Source: a virus | Lineage: Duplodnaviria; Caudoviricetes | IMG/VR virus record: IMGVR_UViG_3300025127_000139 | Coordinates: 1-31,479 of that record | DNA: 31,479 nucleotides | Reading direction: 5' to 3' (one strand) | Shown here: in pieces, positions 20,154 through 28,617 of the stretch | How the letters are laid out: every line of letters starts with the position of its first letter | Numbering within the stretch: position 1 is the stretch's first letter | Notes under the pieces: generated by a model | Seen by the model: the letters and a program-made list of their open reading frames with translations, nothing else | Databases searched by the model: none | Told to the model about the DNA's origin: nothing | Position numbers and translations under genes: made by a program

Positions 20154-20462
20154 CTATTTACTTGCTGCTTCAAGTTGACTAATAAGAGTTTCTTTTGTTT
20201 GTCTTCTATCAAGTTCTACACCAATAGAACGACCATAAACTTCAAGTTCTGCTTTAGTCATTGATAAATAATCAATGGATTGAGTAGTTGGTTTTACCTC
20301 CTCTGTCAATACAGTTGTGTTTGACGCCACAGGTAGATCAGGTTCAGTTCCACCAACTAATTCAATATTACTATTGAACTCTCCGTTATATTCAAACTCT
20401 TCATTAGGTTCTCGCATGGATTGACCAACGAAACACTTAACTTTAGCTTTGTAAATAGGCAT
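20154..20462 (-). CDS. Hypothetical protein with a C-terminal HeH/Rho-N-like helical domain (102 aa)
   Basis: YLSMTKAELEVYGRSIGVELDRRQTKETLISQL has a helix-extension-helix pattern; SD AAGGAG. Confidence 0.6.
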   Translation of the reverse strand: MPIYKAKVKCFVGQSMREPNEEFEYNGEFNSNIELVGGTEPDLPVASNTTVLTEEVKPTTQSIDYLSMTKAELEVYGRSIGVELDRRQTKETLISQLEAASK

Positions 20463-20474
20463 AGATTCTCCTTA

Positions 20475-20906
20475 TTAAGCTACGGTAAAACCAGAAGCAT
20501 AGAACTTTCTACCGTCACCAATTGTTTCTACTATATCAGCAGTAACTTTACCAGCGTTAAAAGTACCAGCAATTGTGTATCTAGCACCAATATATCTCTG
20601 GCCTTTGCCAGCTATATCTGGGTTAAAACGTACAACTACGTTTTTGCCTAATGTAAGTGCTGCTGTAAGGATTGCATCGCTGCTACCAATAACAGTAGGA
20701 CTAGACAAGTTAGCGTTTGCGCTAGTAATAACTTCAAACTTTACGCTTGTACCATTTGCTAATGCAGTAGTAACAGCAAAGTTCATATACAATGCAGTAC
20801 CTTCACCTATGTCTCTAGCAGTTCCTAGATCTACAGTGTTAGTAGATACAGCAGTTGTTGTAAGTGCTTGATCTTCACTTACTCTGAGTAATGAATCTGT
20901 AATCAT
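20475..20906 (-). CDS. Capsid cement/decoration protein, BPP-1 Bbp16-like (143 aa)
   Basis: MITDSLL..S..Q..T.TAVSTNTVDLG..DIGEG and QRYIGARYT..G.F.AGKVTA motifs; directly after the major capsid gene; SD AAGGAG. Confidence 0.85.
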   Translation of the reverse strand: MITDSLLRVSEDQALTTTAVSTNTVDLGTARDIGEGTALYMNFAVTTALANGTSVKFEVITSANANLSSPTVIGSSDAILTAALTLGKNVVVRFNPDIAGKGQRYIGARYTIAGTFNAGKVTADIVETIGDGRKFYASGFTVA

Positions 20907-20933
20907 TTTTAATCTCCTTTGTTAATAAATTAA

Positions 20934-21953
20934 TTAAACAACACGAGCTTCGCTGTTAATCAACGCATCCACTCTTCTTAGAGGTACGCCTAAGAATGAT
21001 AAGTAGCTTTGTGCTGATCCAAACTGTGATAAACCTTCTTGTATTGACAAGACGTTTTGTGATTTATCAAGTGCTGCAATAGACATTCCAGAGTGAACTG
21101 TTCTGTTCATATAGAAAGCTGCTCTACCCATTGCCATGTTTGGTATTCTGTACAATGCTCTAGCCATTAATTTAACTAGATTTGTTGATGCAGCAGCAGT
21201 TTGTGTGTTAGCACTGCCAAGGAGGTCAGAAATGTCAATGTTACAAATACGAACAACGTATCTCCAATCTTTAACAACAAGACCATTTTTCCACTGATAA
21301 CGAGTGGCAAAAGCTTGTAGTCTTGTGCCATCGCTGTTGTATACAGTTTGCTCACCTAGATCTTCGTGTGTTAAACCTGCTTTAGATCCTTTTGGAAAAG
21401 GACAATAAACAGTTTGGTCACCCCAAACAACTAGATATACAGAAGCATTATCAGAACCTGATCCACCTGCATCAAGAATGTTTACAGCATTATCTGCGGA
21501 AAGATCACCGTATCTTGGTGCTAAACCTAAAAACTTTTTAGGATCTGTTCCGGGATTACCATAAAACATAGTCTCAGCTTGAGTCTGGTTCATTGCTTCC
21601 AAGAACGCAGTATCTTCTGATAGACGGAACTGTGCAGTGTTACCATTTAACATTGCTAAATCTTTGTCTACTTCAGAACGTGCTTCAAGAATTGCACAAG
21701 CTTCATCAACTTGAGCAGTTGTTGATTTGCTGCCGGGAATACCTTGGTTTAATGCACGAAAATAAACTGATGGTAAACCAGTTCTGATAATTACACGTTC
21801 ACCAGTAGGTAAATTACCTTCTTTAAAAACGCAATCGTCTAGTATTTCGTTGCTTTGTGATAATAATTCTGCAACAATTGGAACTCTACCGTCTGGGTCA
21901 GATCTTTTTGCCCAATCCGCTAGGGTTAAATTTGAGGTTGAGAGAGTAGCCAT
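20934..21953 (-). CDS. Major capsid protein, BPP-1 Bbp17-like HK97 fold (339 aa)
   Basis: LTLADWAKR.DPDG..IVAELLSQSNEILDD, RTGLP, FLGLAPRY, DWRYVVRICNID, FLGVPLRRVDAL motifs; SD AAGGAG. Confidence 0.92.
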   Translation of the reverse strand: MATLSTSNLTLADWAKRSDPDGRVPIVAELLSQSNEILDDCVFKEGNLPTGERVIIRTGLPSVYFRALNQGIPGSKSTTAQVDEACAILEARSEVDKDLAMLNGNTAQFRLSEDTAFLEAMNQTQAETMFYGNPGTDPKKFLGLAPRYGDLSADNAVNILDAGGSGSDNASVYLVVWGDQTVYCPFPKGSKAGLTHEDLGEQTVYNSDGTRLQAFATRYQWKNGLVVKDWRYVVRICNIDISDLLGSANTQTAAASTNLVKLMARALYRIPNMAMGRAAFYMNRTVHSGMSIAALDKSQNVLSIQEGLSQFGSAQSYLSFLGVPLRRVDALINSEARVV

Positions 21954-21964
21954 TTAATAACTCC

Positions 21965-22642
21965 TTACTTGTTTTGCTGATTAGAATACAATGAATTTGC
22001 TATAGCGTTAAAATCTTTTGGGCCACTAGTTCTTAATGAATCAGCACCTTCAGAATTACCAACATAACTGTCTTCACTGATTGCCTTACCTGCTCTGTAC
22101 ATAAACCTGATTATCTCAGGGTGATTTCCAAAGCCTGTTTCAACTAGCAGCGACTTCAAGGCATCATTACCAAACGCATCTAAAGCAGATTTTGCAGTTT
22201 TTAGATTGGCATCAAAATTTTCACCGCCAAATTCTTGATCAGCTTGTGAATCATTTACCCATCCAGCTTTTGCATCTTCTAAGGCTTTAGCTTGTTTAGC
22301 TTGTACGACAGGGGCAACCTTGTCTAATACCTTTTGTGCAGCTTCTTGCGACAGGTTAAGTTCTTTAGCGACATCACCGAATGCAGTTAAGACTTCGGGG
22401 TCGAGTTCTTGCGGTGCGTCAGCCACCTTTGGATTAAACTCGTAATTCTCAGGCGCACCTTCTGGTGCTTCTGATTCGCCAGTTTCACTTTCAACAGTGG
22501 TTTCATCCGAAACTTGTTGATCCTGTGTTTCAGCTTGCTGTTGTGTTTCAGTAGTTTGCTCGCTAGTAGCAGTATCTACTGGTTGCTGTTGTTCGCTGCC
22601 TTCATTTGTTTGGTTGGCTTCCGTCATCAGCATCTCTGACAT
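21965..22642 (-). CDS. Capsid scaffolding/assembly protein (225 aa)
   Basis: Acidic disordered N-terminus, APENYEF, AKELNLSQEAAQK, GFGNHPEIIRFMYRAGKAISED; immediately upstream of the capsid gene. Confidence 0.8.
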   Translation of the reverse strand: MSEMLMTEANQTNEGSEQQQPVDTATSEQTTETQQQAETQDQQVSDETTVESETGESEAPEGAPENYEFNPKVADAPQELDPEVLTAFGDVAKELNLSQEAAQKVLDKVAPVVQAKQAKALEDAKAGWVNDSQADQEFGGENFDANLKTAKSALDAFGNDALKSLLVETGFGNHPEIIRFMYRAGKAISEDSYVGNSEGADSLRTSGPKDFNAIANSLYSNQQNK

Positions 22643-22946
22643 TTTTTTGCTCCTTAATCATTGTCGGGTATAACTCAGGGCAGAGAGTGTGGATTAAGTT
22701 AAGTATTTGCAAACCATAGTTCCTGTTACCTTCGCTAAATGACATTGCCATTGCGTTAGTGTTGAACGATGATCGGAAAACACCTGCTTGCTCCAGAAGT
22801 CTCCAGATTAATCTGCGACCCCTCTTGCTGCTCATAAGCCATTTAATATCCGACTCTTCATTTTGGCGGTCAATTCTTTCCGCAGACTTTTTATTGTCTT
22901 TAGATTTTTGTTGACCTTTGAGATCGAGAGGATTGTATTCGCTCAT
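22602..22946 (-). CDS. Bbp19-like conserved phage protein (114 aa)
   Basis: DIKWLMSSKRGRRLIWRLLEQAGVFRSSF..MSFSEGNRNYGL motif; usual position between portal and scaffold. Confidence 0.75.
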   Translation of the reverse strand: MSEYNPLDLKGQQKSKDNKKSAERIDRQNEESDIKWLMSSKRGRRLIWRLLEQAGVFRSSFNTNAMAMSFSEGNRNYGLQILNLIHTLCPELYPTMIKEQKNVRDADDGSQPNK

Positions 22947-22951
22947 AAACC

Positions 22952-22986
22952 AATATATCTAGTGATACCAAAGATACGGTTACACC
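22952..22986 (-). promoter_or_regulatory. Putative late promoter, copy 2 (scaffold/capsid block)
   Basis: Minus strand GGT-GTAACCGTA (22983..22975), 17 nt, TATATT (22957..22952); the ATG at 22946 follows after only 5 nt. Confidence 0.7.
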
Positions 22987-23141
22987 TAGTTCTGCTTTGG
23001 ATACATTTTCTTTGCAGTTTTTGCAGCATCTTTAAAATCTTTTGCAGTAGGTCTACCTTTTTCACCCGGTTTTTTCATCCGTTCACCAGATCCTCGTGCA
23101 ATTCTTCTACGCTTTTTGTGAATGTTTTCGTAAAGACTCAT
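22986..23141 (-). CDS. Small highly basic protein (51 aa)
   Basis: Hand-translated: MSLYENIHKKRRRIARGSGERMKKPGEKGRPTAKDFKDAAKTAKKMYPKQN. ATGA overlap with the upstream stop; resembles a small basic family I recall from marine phages. Confidence 0.8.
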   Translation of the reverse strand: MSLYENIHKKRRRIARGSGERMKKPGEKGRPTAKDFKDAAKTAKKMYPKQN

Positions 23142-23308
23142 TTGTTTGTAGCTCCGTATAGTTTGTTTGCAAATTCTTCTTGTTTAGTTTTATTTTTTTT
23201 CTTTTCTTTTTCTTTTTTATTATGTTCTTCTATCATTTTTTTATATCGCATTCTAAAATCGGCTGGCATATTGCCATAACCAAAGTTGTCTGCTGATTTT
23301 TCAGCCAT
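23138..23308 (-). CDS. Small Lys/Glu-rich protein (56 aa)
   Basis: Hand-translated: MAEKSADNFGYGNMPADFRMRYKKMIEEHNKKEKEKKKNKTKQEEFANKLYGATNK; strong SD GGAGGT. Confidence 0.8.
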   Translation of the reverse strand: MAEKSADNFGYGNMPADFRMRYKKMIEEHNKKEKEKKKNKTKQEEFANKLYGATNK

Positions 23309-23317
23309 AATTACCTC

Positions 23318-23683
23318 CTATGCTAAGTATGTAGCTTGTTTAGCAGCAGGTTCTGCCTTTGGTGGTGCTGTCGCTGCCTTTTCACCATACAATCCTTCTG
23401 CCTGATCACCACTTTTATCAAATGGTTCTATACCCATTGCAGTTATTTGTAGCTCTACATTTTGTTCTACGCCATCTTGTTCTTTACTTTCTCTAACAGT
23501 TTTGACATATGCCAAACCTTTAATCATCATTTCGCTACCAGCTTCTGGTAATTTTTCTATACCTAGTTTTTCTAGTTCTTCTCTACCTAAAGATATACAT
23601 AAACCGTAGCTATACATTGGTTCATCGTACATTTCCTTGCTATCAATAGGCTGTGCATCTTTTTTTAAATCAATTAAATCCAT
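23318..23683 (-). CDS. Small head-associated protein (121 aa)
   Basis: YSYGLCISL..EELEKLGI..LP..G and VELQITAM motifs recalled from small capsid-associated proteins encoded after the portal in related podoviruses; SD GGAGGT. Confidence 0.55.
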   Translation of the reverse strand: MDLIDLKKDAQPIDSKEMYDEPMYSYGLCISLGREELEKLGIEKLPEAGSEMMIKGLAYVKTVRESKEQDGVEQNVELQITAMGIEPFDKSGDQAEGLYGEKAATAPPKAEPAAKQATYLA

Positions 23684-23686
23684 TTG

Positions 23687-25360
23687 TTATACCTCCAATG
23701 GTGATGGTGAGTTGTAACCGCTAAATTGGTTCATCATGTCCATAGCATTACCTGCATCTACTTTACCTAACTTTGACATATTTTCAGCAGCTTGATTTTG
23801 TGCTTCCTGTTGTGCCATTGCCTGTTGTTGTTCTGCTCTTGCCTGACGTATCTTTGCAACTTGTGGCCCTGCAACTATTAACGATGGGTCAACGCCTAAC
23901 ATATCAGCATATCCATCAGCCCATGCATCAGAATCAAACTTATCTAATACATCAGGTTTCATCTGTGCAACCATACCCATACTGTTTACATACCTATCTA
24001 CACTGTTTGTACCAATAGCACGTTGCGCTTGTGCCAACATAGATACAAATTCTACGTTTAATTCCATGCCCTGCAACTCTTCTGGGGCTTGTGGTATTAG
24101 TCCAGCTTCTACCATTCTGTCAAAAGTAATATCAATCAATGGGTCTAACAATTCGTTATGCAATCTTTCTAATACTGGCCCTAACATTAATAGTTTTTCT
24201 TCGTGACGTTCTGCTACTTCTGTCGCTGTCATCCTTGTATCAGTGGCATTTGCCAACATAAGAAACAAATCAGCATAAAAACTACCATTAATACGGCTAC
24301 GAACATCCTGTATGTCCATTAATAAATGCTGTAAATTAAGATTTACGTTAAATGCTGTCTCAATTTTGCCTTGCGCCCCATCAATAAACGTAACCCCACC
24401 CGGCAAACTGTCCACATCTCTGTTTTTCATGTAGCTTGGCACTTGTAATGGTGGCTTTGTTTGGTAATCAATGCCCTGCGCTTTGCGTAATTGTTCATGT
24501 TGCAACTGTTTTATGTCACCTAATGACTCCATACCGGGTGAATTGCCATAAATATCACCACCTGCCACGCCCCATCTAGGTACAACTGCCGGAAATTCTT
24601 TAAATCCGCTTTCTCTTAACACCTGATCGCCATCACTGCCTGTTTCAAAATAACAAGACTTGTATGGCATATTCATATTGTCCTTTTTTTTGTAGTTACG
24701 ATCCCTATCATCTCTTGGTTCTATGGCGTGTACTAATGTAATCCAACTATCTAATGAACCTCTGTCGTACAAGTTCTTAACAGACGTTGAACATTTGTTA
24801 TATCCAAACTCTCTTACCACTTCTCCTACTGTTTTCTGAAATTCTCTGTACAAAGTGTTTACTCTGCCCTGATAATCCGTAGCTATTGCATATTCTCCAA
24901 TCGTTACAGGGTAATGATGTATAGCGTTTTTGCTATCGGGGAGGATAATAGAGCCAGCCGTACCAAATGCTCCAAGTTCTTCGTATATTCCATGTAATGT
25001 TCGGTATGTATTGGACTTTTGAAACACTAATTGCATGCGTTCTGTGACATCTGCCAGCCATAATTTGACAGGCCCATAACTATTTAACTCAGGATCAGCA
25101 GTACCTAACCTAAACCACGGTCTTGCAGGGGATGTAGCACCAGCCATCATGCCAGCACCCAGTGTTCTTAATGCTCTTGTACCAGTATTGTCATATATTG
25201 AGTTATGTCTTCTATGTCCTTTGTTTCTATCTTGCTGGAAATAACGTCCATTCCTTGGTAATAAATATGTTGTTACTTCTTGCCAATGTGACCACCACGT
25301 TGCCCTTTCAGATCTAAGATGACCCCACCTTGTAATTAACTTTTCTTTTTTTGTTTTCAT
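23687..25360 (-). CDS. Portal (head-tail connector) protein (557 aa)
   Basis: IYDNTG.RALRTLGAGMMAG.TSPARPWF, PRW..GDIYGNSPG and MTATEVAERHEEKLLMLGPVLERL: T7/BPP-1-type portal. Confidence 0.93.
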   Translation of the reverse strand: MKTKKEKLITRWGHLRSERATWWSHWQEVTTYLLPRNGRYFQQDRNKGHRRHNSIYDNTGTRALRTLGAGMMAGATSPARPWFRLGTADPELNSYGPVKLWLADVTERMQLVFQKSNTYRTLHGIYEELGAFGTAGSIILPDSKNAIHHYPVTIGEYAIATDYQGRVNTLYREFQKTVGEVVREFGYNKCSTSVKNLYDRGSLDSWITLVHAIEPRDDRDRNYKKKDNMNMPYKSCYFETGSDGDQVLRESGFKEFPAVVPRWGVAGGDIYGNSPGMESLGDIKQLQHEQLRKAQGIDYQTKPPLQVPSYMKNRDVDSLPGGVTFIDGAQGKIETAFNVNLNLQHLLMDIQDVRSRINGSFYADLFLMLANATDTRMTATEVAERHEEKLLMLGPVLERLHNELLDPLIDITFDRMVEAGLIPQAPEELQGMELNVEFVSMLAQAQRAIGTNSVDRYVNSMGMVAQMKPDVLDKFDSDAWADGYADMLGVDPSLIVAGPQVAKIRQARAEQQQAMAQQEAQNQAAENMSKLGKVDAGNAMDMMNQFSGYNSPSPLEV

Positions 25361-25363
25361 AGG

Positions 25364-25765
25364 TTAACTTCCTAATAAAGTATTGCCACCTAAATTCAAT
25401 ACTGATGGATCTACTCCATAACCACCTGTTAATAAACTACCACCACCCATTCCTTTTGTTTGTTGTCCTCTAGTACCTGCATCTGCTTTTCTATTGTTTG
25501 TTAACACTGTTGCAGCAGGGCCAGCTTTTGCAGCCTGTTCACTTCTACTTACTATTGCTTCTACTTCTGGTTGTTTCTGTACTGCTCTGTTGTATTCAAT
25601 GTCAGCACGAGCAGCTTCTGCTTCAGCAGTTTCTTTTGCCTGTTGGTTAGCTGCCCTTTGTTCTTGTAATGCTCTGTCTTGCGCTCGTTTCTGTTCGTTA
25701 GCACTTTTGTTTGCTACATAAACACCTGCTGCGCCTACAGCACCTACAACTGCTGCTACTGCCAT
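25364..25765 (-). CDS. Small virion/ejection protein upstream of the portal (133 aa)
   Basis: Start moved to 25765 (MAVAAVVGAVGAAG.., SD AAGGAG). Hydrophobic N-terminus, coiled coil and SLLTG..TLLG C-terminus are typical of pre-portal proteins in podoviruses. Confidence 0.65.
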   Translation of the reverse strand: MAVAAVVGAVGAAGVYVANKSANEQKRAQDRALQEQRAANQQAKETAEAEAARADIEYNRAVQKQPEVEAIVSRSEQAAKAGPAATVLTNNRKADAGTRGQQTKGMGGGSLLTGGYGVDPSVLNLGGNTLLGS

Positions 25766-25766
25766 G

Positions 25767-26216
25767 TCATAACTCCTTAGAATAAATAATGTCTTGCACA
25801 CCGTATTTTAATCTCGGCAAGATAGCAGCTAAAGTGGTGTTTTCTTTGGCGTGCCATAGCATTAATTTGCATCCGAGTGATGTTGCATGGGTTTCTGTTT
25901 CTTTAATCAAACGTAAACCTGCTCTGCTACCTCTAAATTCTTTCTTGATAAACAAGAGATCGTTTTGAGCTAACTTAAGATCAGCATAATGTGGATGATT
26001 AAGTACAAAATTAACAGAATAGCCAATTAATTCATCATCTTGCCTAGCTGAAAAGATAAAGATTTGACGCATCTTTTCCATGTTTCGATACGCCTGTTCA
26101 TCTGGCTTGAGTTTCATAACTTGTTTGTTACGAGCAATCTCTTCGTAATGCTCTTCAAACAAAATATTTGCTTGAGCCAACATCTCGTCAACTGTGGCTA
26201 GTTTGATGTCAATCAT
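25767..26216 (-). CDS. GNAT-family acetyltransferase (149 aa)
   Basis: LIGYSV..NDLLFIKKEFRGSRAGLRLIKETE..A..LGC contains the acetyl-CoA binding motif A. Confidence 0.8.
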   Translation of the reverse strand: MIDIKLATVDEMLAQANILFEEHYEEIARNKQVMKLKPDEQAYRNMEKMRQIFIFSARQDDELIGYSVNFVLNHPHYADLKLAQNDLLFIKKEFRGSRAGLRLIKETETHATSLGCKLMLWHAKENTTLAAILPRLKYGVQDIIYSKEL

Positions 26217-26841
26217 TAACTACTCCACATTTGTCAAATGTAACTGCATTTTTGTCAGTTACGGTCACGCCTTCCATAGAAAAATATTTAGTTACACAAT
26301 CAAATATTATATGTACTCTGTCTGTCATGCCAACATTGTCCGCAGTGTGTAGTTTTTTATGGTTAAACCACCAGACGTCACCTACCTCAAACTTTTGCTT
26401 CTGATTACCGCAAGTTTGGCTACACCATTGATTACTTTGCAACACTAAATGAAACCTAGAATAGTGATCTGCATAAAATCCTTGGTCATTATGTTTGGTT
26501 ACATGGCCACTAGGTTTTAAATTAACAATAACTACTCTTCCCATGTCCTTAACTTCTAGTTTTTCTAGCACTGGTCGCATTAATGGCACTAATGCAGGTG
26601 CTAAATATTCCATACATGGGTAGTCGTATGATCCTGTATCCCATATGACGTAGTAATGACTCATTTTGTATGGCCCTCTAACGTATATCGACTCCGTATC
26701 TTTGTGTGGTGACCCAGTAAACTTTTGCCTTGCTGTTATTTCTTTCCATAACTCAGGTTTGGCATCTAATAATTTAAGCAATGGCTTTACATCTAAACCA
26801 TGTGCTACACGGACAAAATTAGATTCTTGTGTATGGGTCAT
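26209..26841 (-). CDS. Aspartyl/asparaginyl beta-hydroxylase-like 2OG-Fe(II) oxygenase (210 aa)
   Basis: GRVVIVNLKPSGHVTKHND (HxD), RFHLVL, GDVWWFNHKKLHTADN (distal His), DRVHIIFD. Confidence 0.85.
   Translation of the reverse strand: MTHTQESNFVRVAHGLDVKPLLKLLDAKPELWKEITARQKFTGSPHKDTESIYVRGPYKMSHYYVIWDTGSYDYPCMEYLAPALVPLMRPVLEKLEVKDMGRVVIVNLKPSGHVTKHNDQGFYADHYSRFHLVLQSNQWCSQTCGNQKQKFEVGDVWWFNHKKLHTADNVGMTDRVHIIFDCVTKYFSMEGVTVTDKNAVTFDKCGVVND
26237..26271 (-). promoter_or_regulatory. Putative late promoter, copy 1 (GNAT/portal block), inside the hydroxylase 3' end
   Basis: Minus strand GGC-GTGACCGTA (26268..26260), 17 nt, TACATT (26242..26237). Confidence 0.75.
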
Positions 26842-28153
26842 AGTCTGCCTTCTGAGTAGCTTCTTTACGTCTTTTAATGTATATGTCTTCCGCTACCTTT
26901 TTGGCTACTGGTAACGCAAATGTTAATGCAAGTGCATCAGCCAGATCTGGTGACCCTGCACCCTGCAATCTTTTTTTTATTTGATCCTTGCCTTCTAATA
27001 CACGCCTACCTACATTGTCGTACCAATATATCGGTGTAGCTAGTTCTTGTTTGAGGGCTACATTGTTTGGTATTGCACCACCTTCTTCTATCCATTGTTT
27101 CATTAACCACCACATCTCACTTCTACGGTTGATGTATTGATCTGGTTTCATTGCCTTGCCACCAAACGGTATCTCAATTACGTCATATGACAATTGCCTT
27201 AGTCTGTCGATTACACCACTACCAGCACCTGCATCACAAAACACAGCATCTGGTTTATGTTCCTCTATCAGATTGGCTACTCTGGACGCTAGTTCCATGT
27301 TGTCTATACCTCGATATACAACTGGCTTGAATGCTTGCTTACCCTGCCGTCTAAACACTACAGATCTGTCATCACCAAACCTTGCAGGGTCAATGCCAAG
27401 GATTATGGGAAACAATCGAACATGATCTGGTTGGTATATGCGTTTGGCTGCATCTTCGGTATCTGCCAATGCAATTAACTGGTCATCACCCTGTGCAGAA
27501 AAGTCACATAGATATTCTCTGGCAAATGATGTCTCACTCATATCACGTTTAAGACGAGTAACCTCATCTGGATGCAAGCTATCTGTGTCAAATACTGTGT
27601 ACCTAGCTGCTGTCCATCCCTCTTCATTGACGGCTTTGTAATACAACTCAGAGAACAAGTTAATACCTTGTGGTGTACCAATAAACAATGACCATCCAAG
27701 ACGGTCTGACAGTGCTGGCTGGACTATGTCTGACCATAGCTCGTTCTTTATCTGGGCAACCTCATCTATTACGCAACCATCTAATCTCATACCTCGTAAT
27801 GCATCAGGATTGTCACCACCAAACAATCTGATAATCGCTCCATTATGTTTAAACCTGACCGATAGCTCACCCTCGTTGATGTCGATTACAGAGGTTCTAC
27901 GCAATGGTTCTATCTTCTGTTTTAGTCTTGCCCATGCAATTGCTTTTGCCTGTCTCAGGAACGGTGCAATGTACACAAACATGGCTAGTTCCTTGTCTGT
28001 CTTCATGGCCTTATCAATTAGCTCCATGATGGCCAATTCTGTCTTACCTGATCGCCTGTGTAATGCGTAGACACTAAACCTTTGCTTCTTTACATGGCAT
28101 TCATGCTGCCATTTTCTCGCAGTGTAATCCAGTTTTATTAACGGTTGTCTCAC
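26819..28153 (-). CDS. terL: Terminase large subunit (444 aa)
   Basis: Walker A HRRSGKT, Walker B CVIDE, motif C IGTP, nuclease GIDPARFGDD, SPDLADALAL. Confidence 0.95.
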   Translation of the reverse strand: MRQPLIKLDYTARKWQHECHVKKQRFSVYALHRRSGKTELAIMELIDKAMKTDKELAMFVYIAPFLRQAKAIAWARLKQKIEPLRRTSVIDINEGELSVRFKHNGAIIRLFGGDNPDALRGMRLDGCVIDEVAQIKNELWSDIVQPALSDRLGWSLFIGTPQGINLFSELYYKAVNEEGWTAARYTVFDTDSLHPDEVTRLKRDMSETSFAREYLCDFSAQGDDQLIALADTEDAAKRIYQPDHVRLFPIILGIDPARFGDDRSVVFRRQGKQAFKPVVYRGIDNMELASRVANLIEEHKPDAVFCDAGAGSGVIDRLRQLSYDVIEIPFGGKAMKPDQYINRRSEMWWLMKQWIEEGGAIPNNVALKQELATPIYWYDNVGRRVLEGKDQIKKRLQGAGSPDLADALALTFALPVAKKVAEDIYIKRRKEATQKADYDPYTRI

Positions 28154-28617
28154 ACCTGTGGAACGCCTGTAGAAATATTTAACGATATAGAACCACCTGC
28201 TTCAACCCCAACCTTTTCTCCATATTTCTTAGGATTCCATTTAGCCAATAGTTTTAATCTTGCTTCTACCCTGTTCTTCTGCATCTGTACTGCTGCCGGA
28301 TCAAGCCTTGTATTCCCCTCAGAACCGCACAAAGGAGGAGGAGCATCTATTATCTCCAAACATTCTTCCGCAATAGCATCAGCACCCATATCTCGTGCGT
28401 GTGCGAAGCGTGCGATAAAATCTCCATCATCTTTTTCCAACCAATTATAAATAGTTCTCCAGTTAGGTTTATTTTTCTGACGGCAGTAAGAGCGCAAAGT
28501 ATTACCATGAGCAATCCATTCAATTATTTCGTTAACTATTACAGGATCAGGTTTAGTAGAAGGTCTACCTAACTTGGATTGTTTTGTAACGAGTTGCGTA
28601 GCTGACTCTTTTTTCAT
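28150..28617 (-). CDS. terS: Terminase small subunit, Sf6 gp1-like (155 aa)
   Basis: GRPS..IIEWIAHGNTLRSYC..P..RTIYNWL HTH, AR..GADAIAEECLEIID, RLKLLAKWNPKKYGEK; ATGA overlap with terL. Confidence 0.88.
   Translation of the reverse strand: MKKESATQLVTKQSKLGRPSTKPDPVIVNEIIEWIAHGNTLRSYCRQKNKPNWRTIYNWLEKDDGDFIARFAHARDMGADAIAEECLEIIDAPPPLCGSEGNTRLDPAAVQMQKNRVEARLKLLAKWNPKKYGEKVGVEAGGSISLNISTGVPQV

Noticed and set aside
20458-20490. Fifth late box (TTTTACCGTA) at the end of the cement gene
   Set aside because: Only ACCGTA matches, and the hexamer 17 nt downstream is TATGCC, lacking the conserved final T.
20906-20960. T7 gp10B-style frameshift extension of the capsid protein
   Set aside because: No slippery sequence recognised near the stop, and the cement gene has its own SD.
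23185-23245. Long T-rich tracts as a terminator or slippage site
   Set aside because: They encode the Lys/Glu-rich part of the 56-aa protein in an uninterrupted frame and have no GC hairpin.
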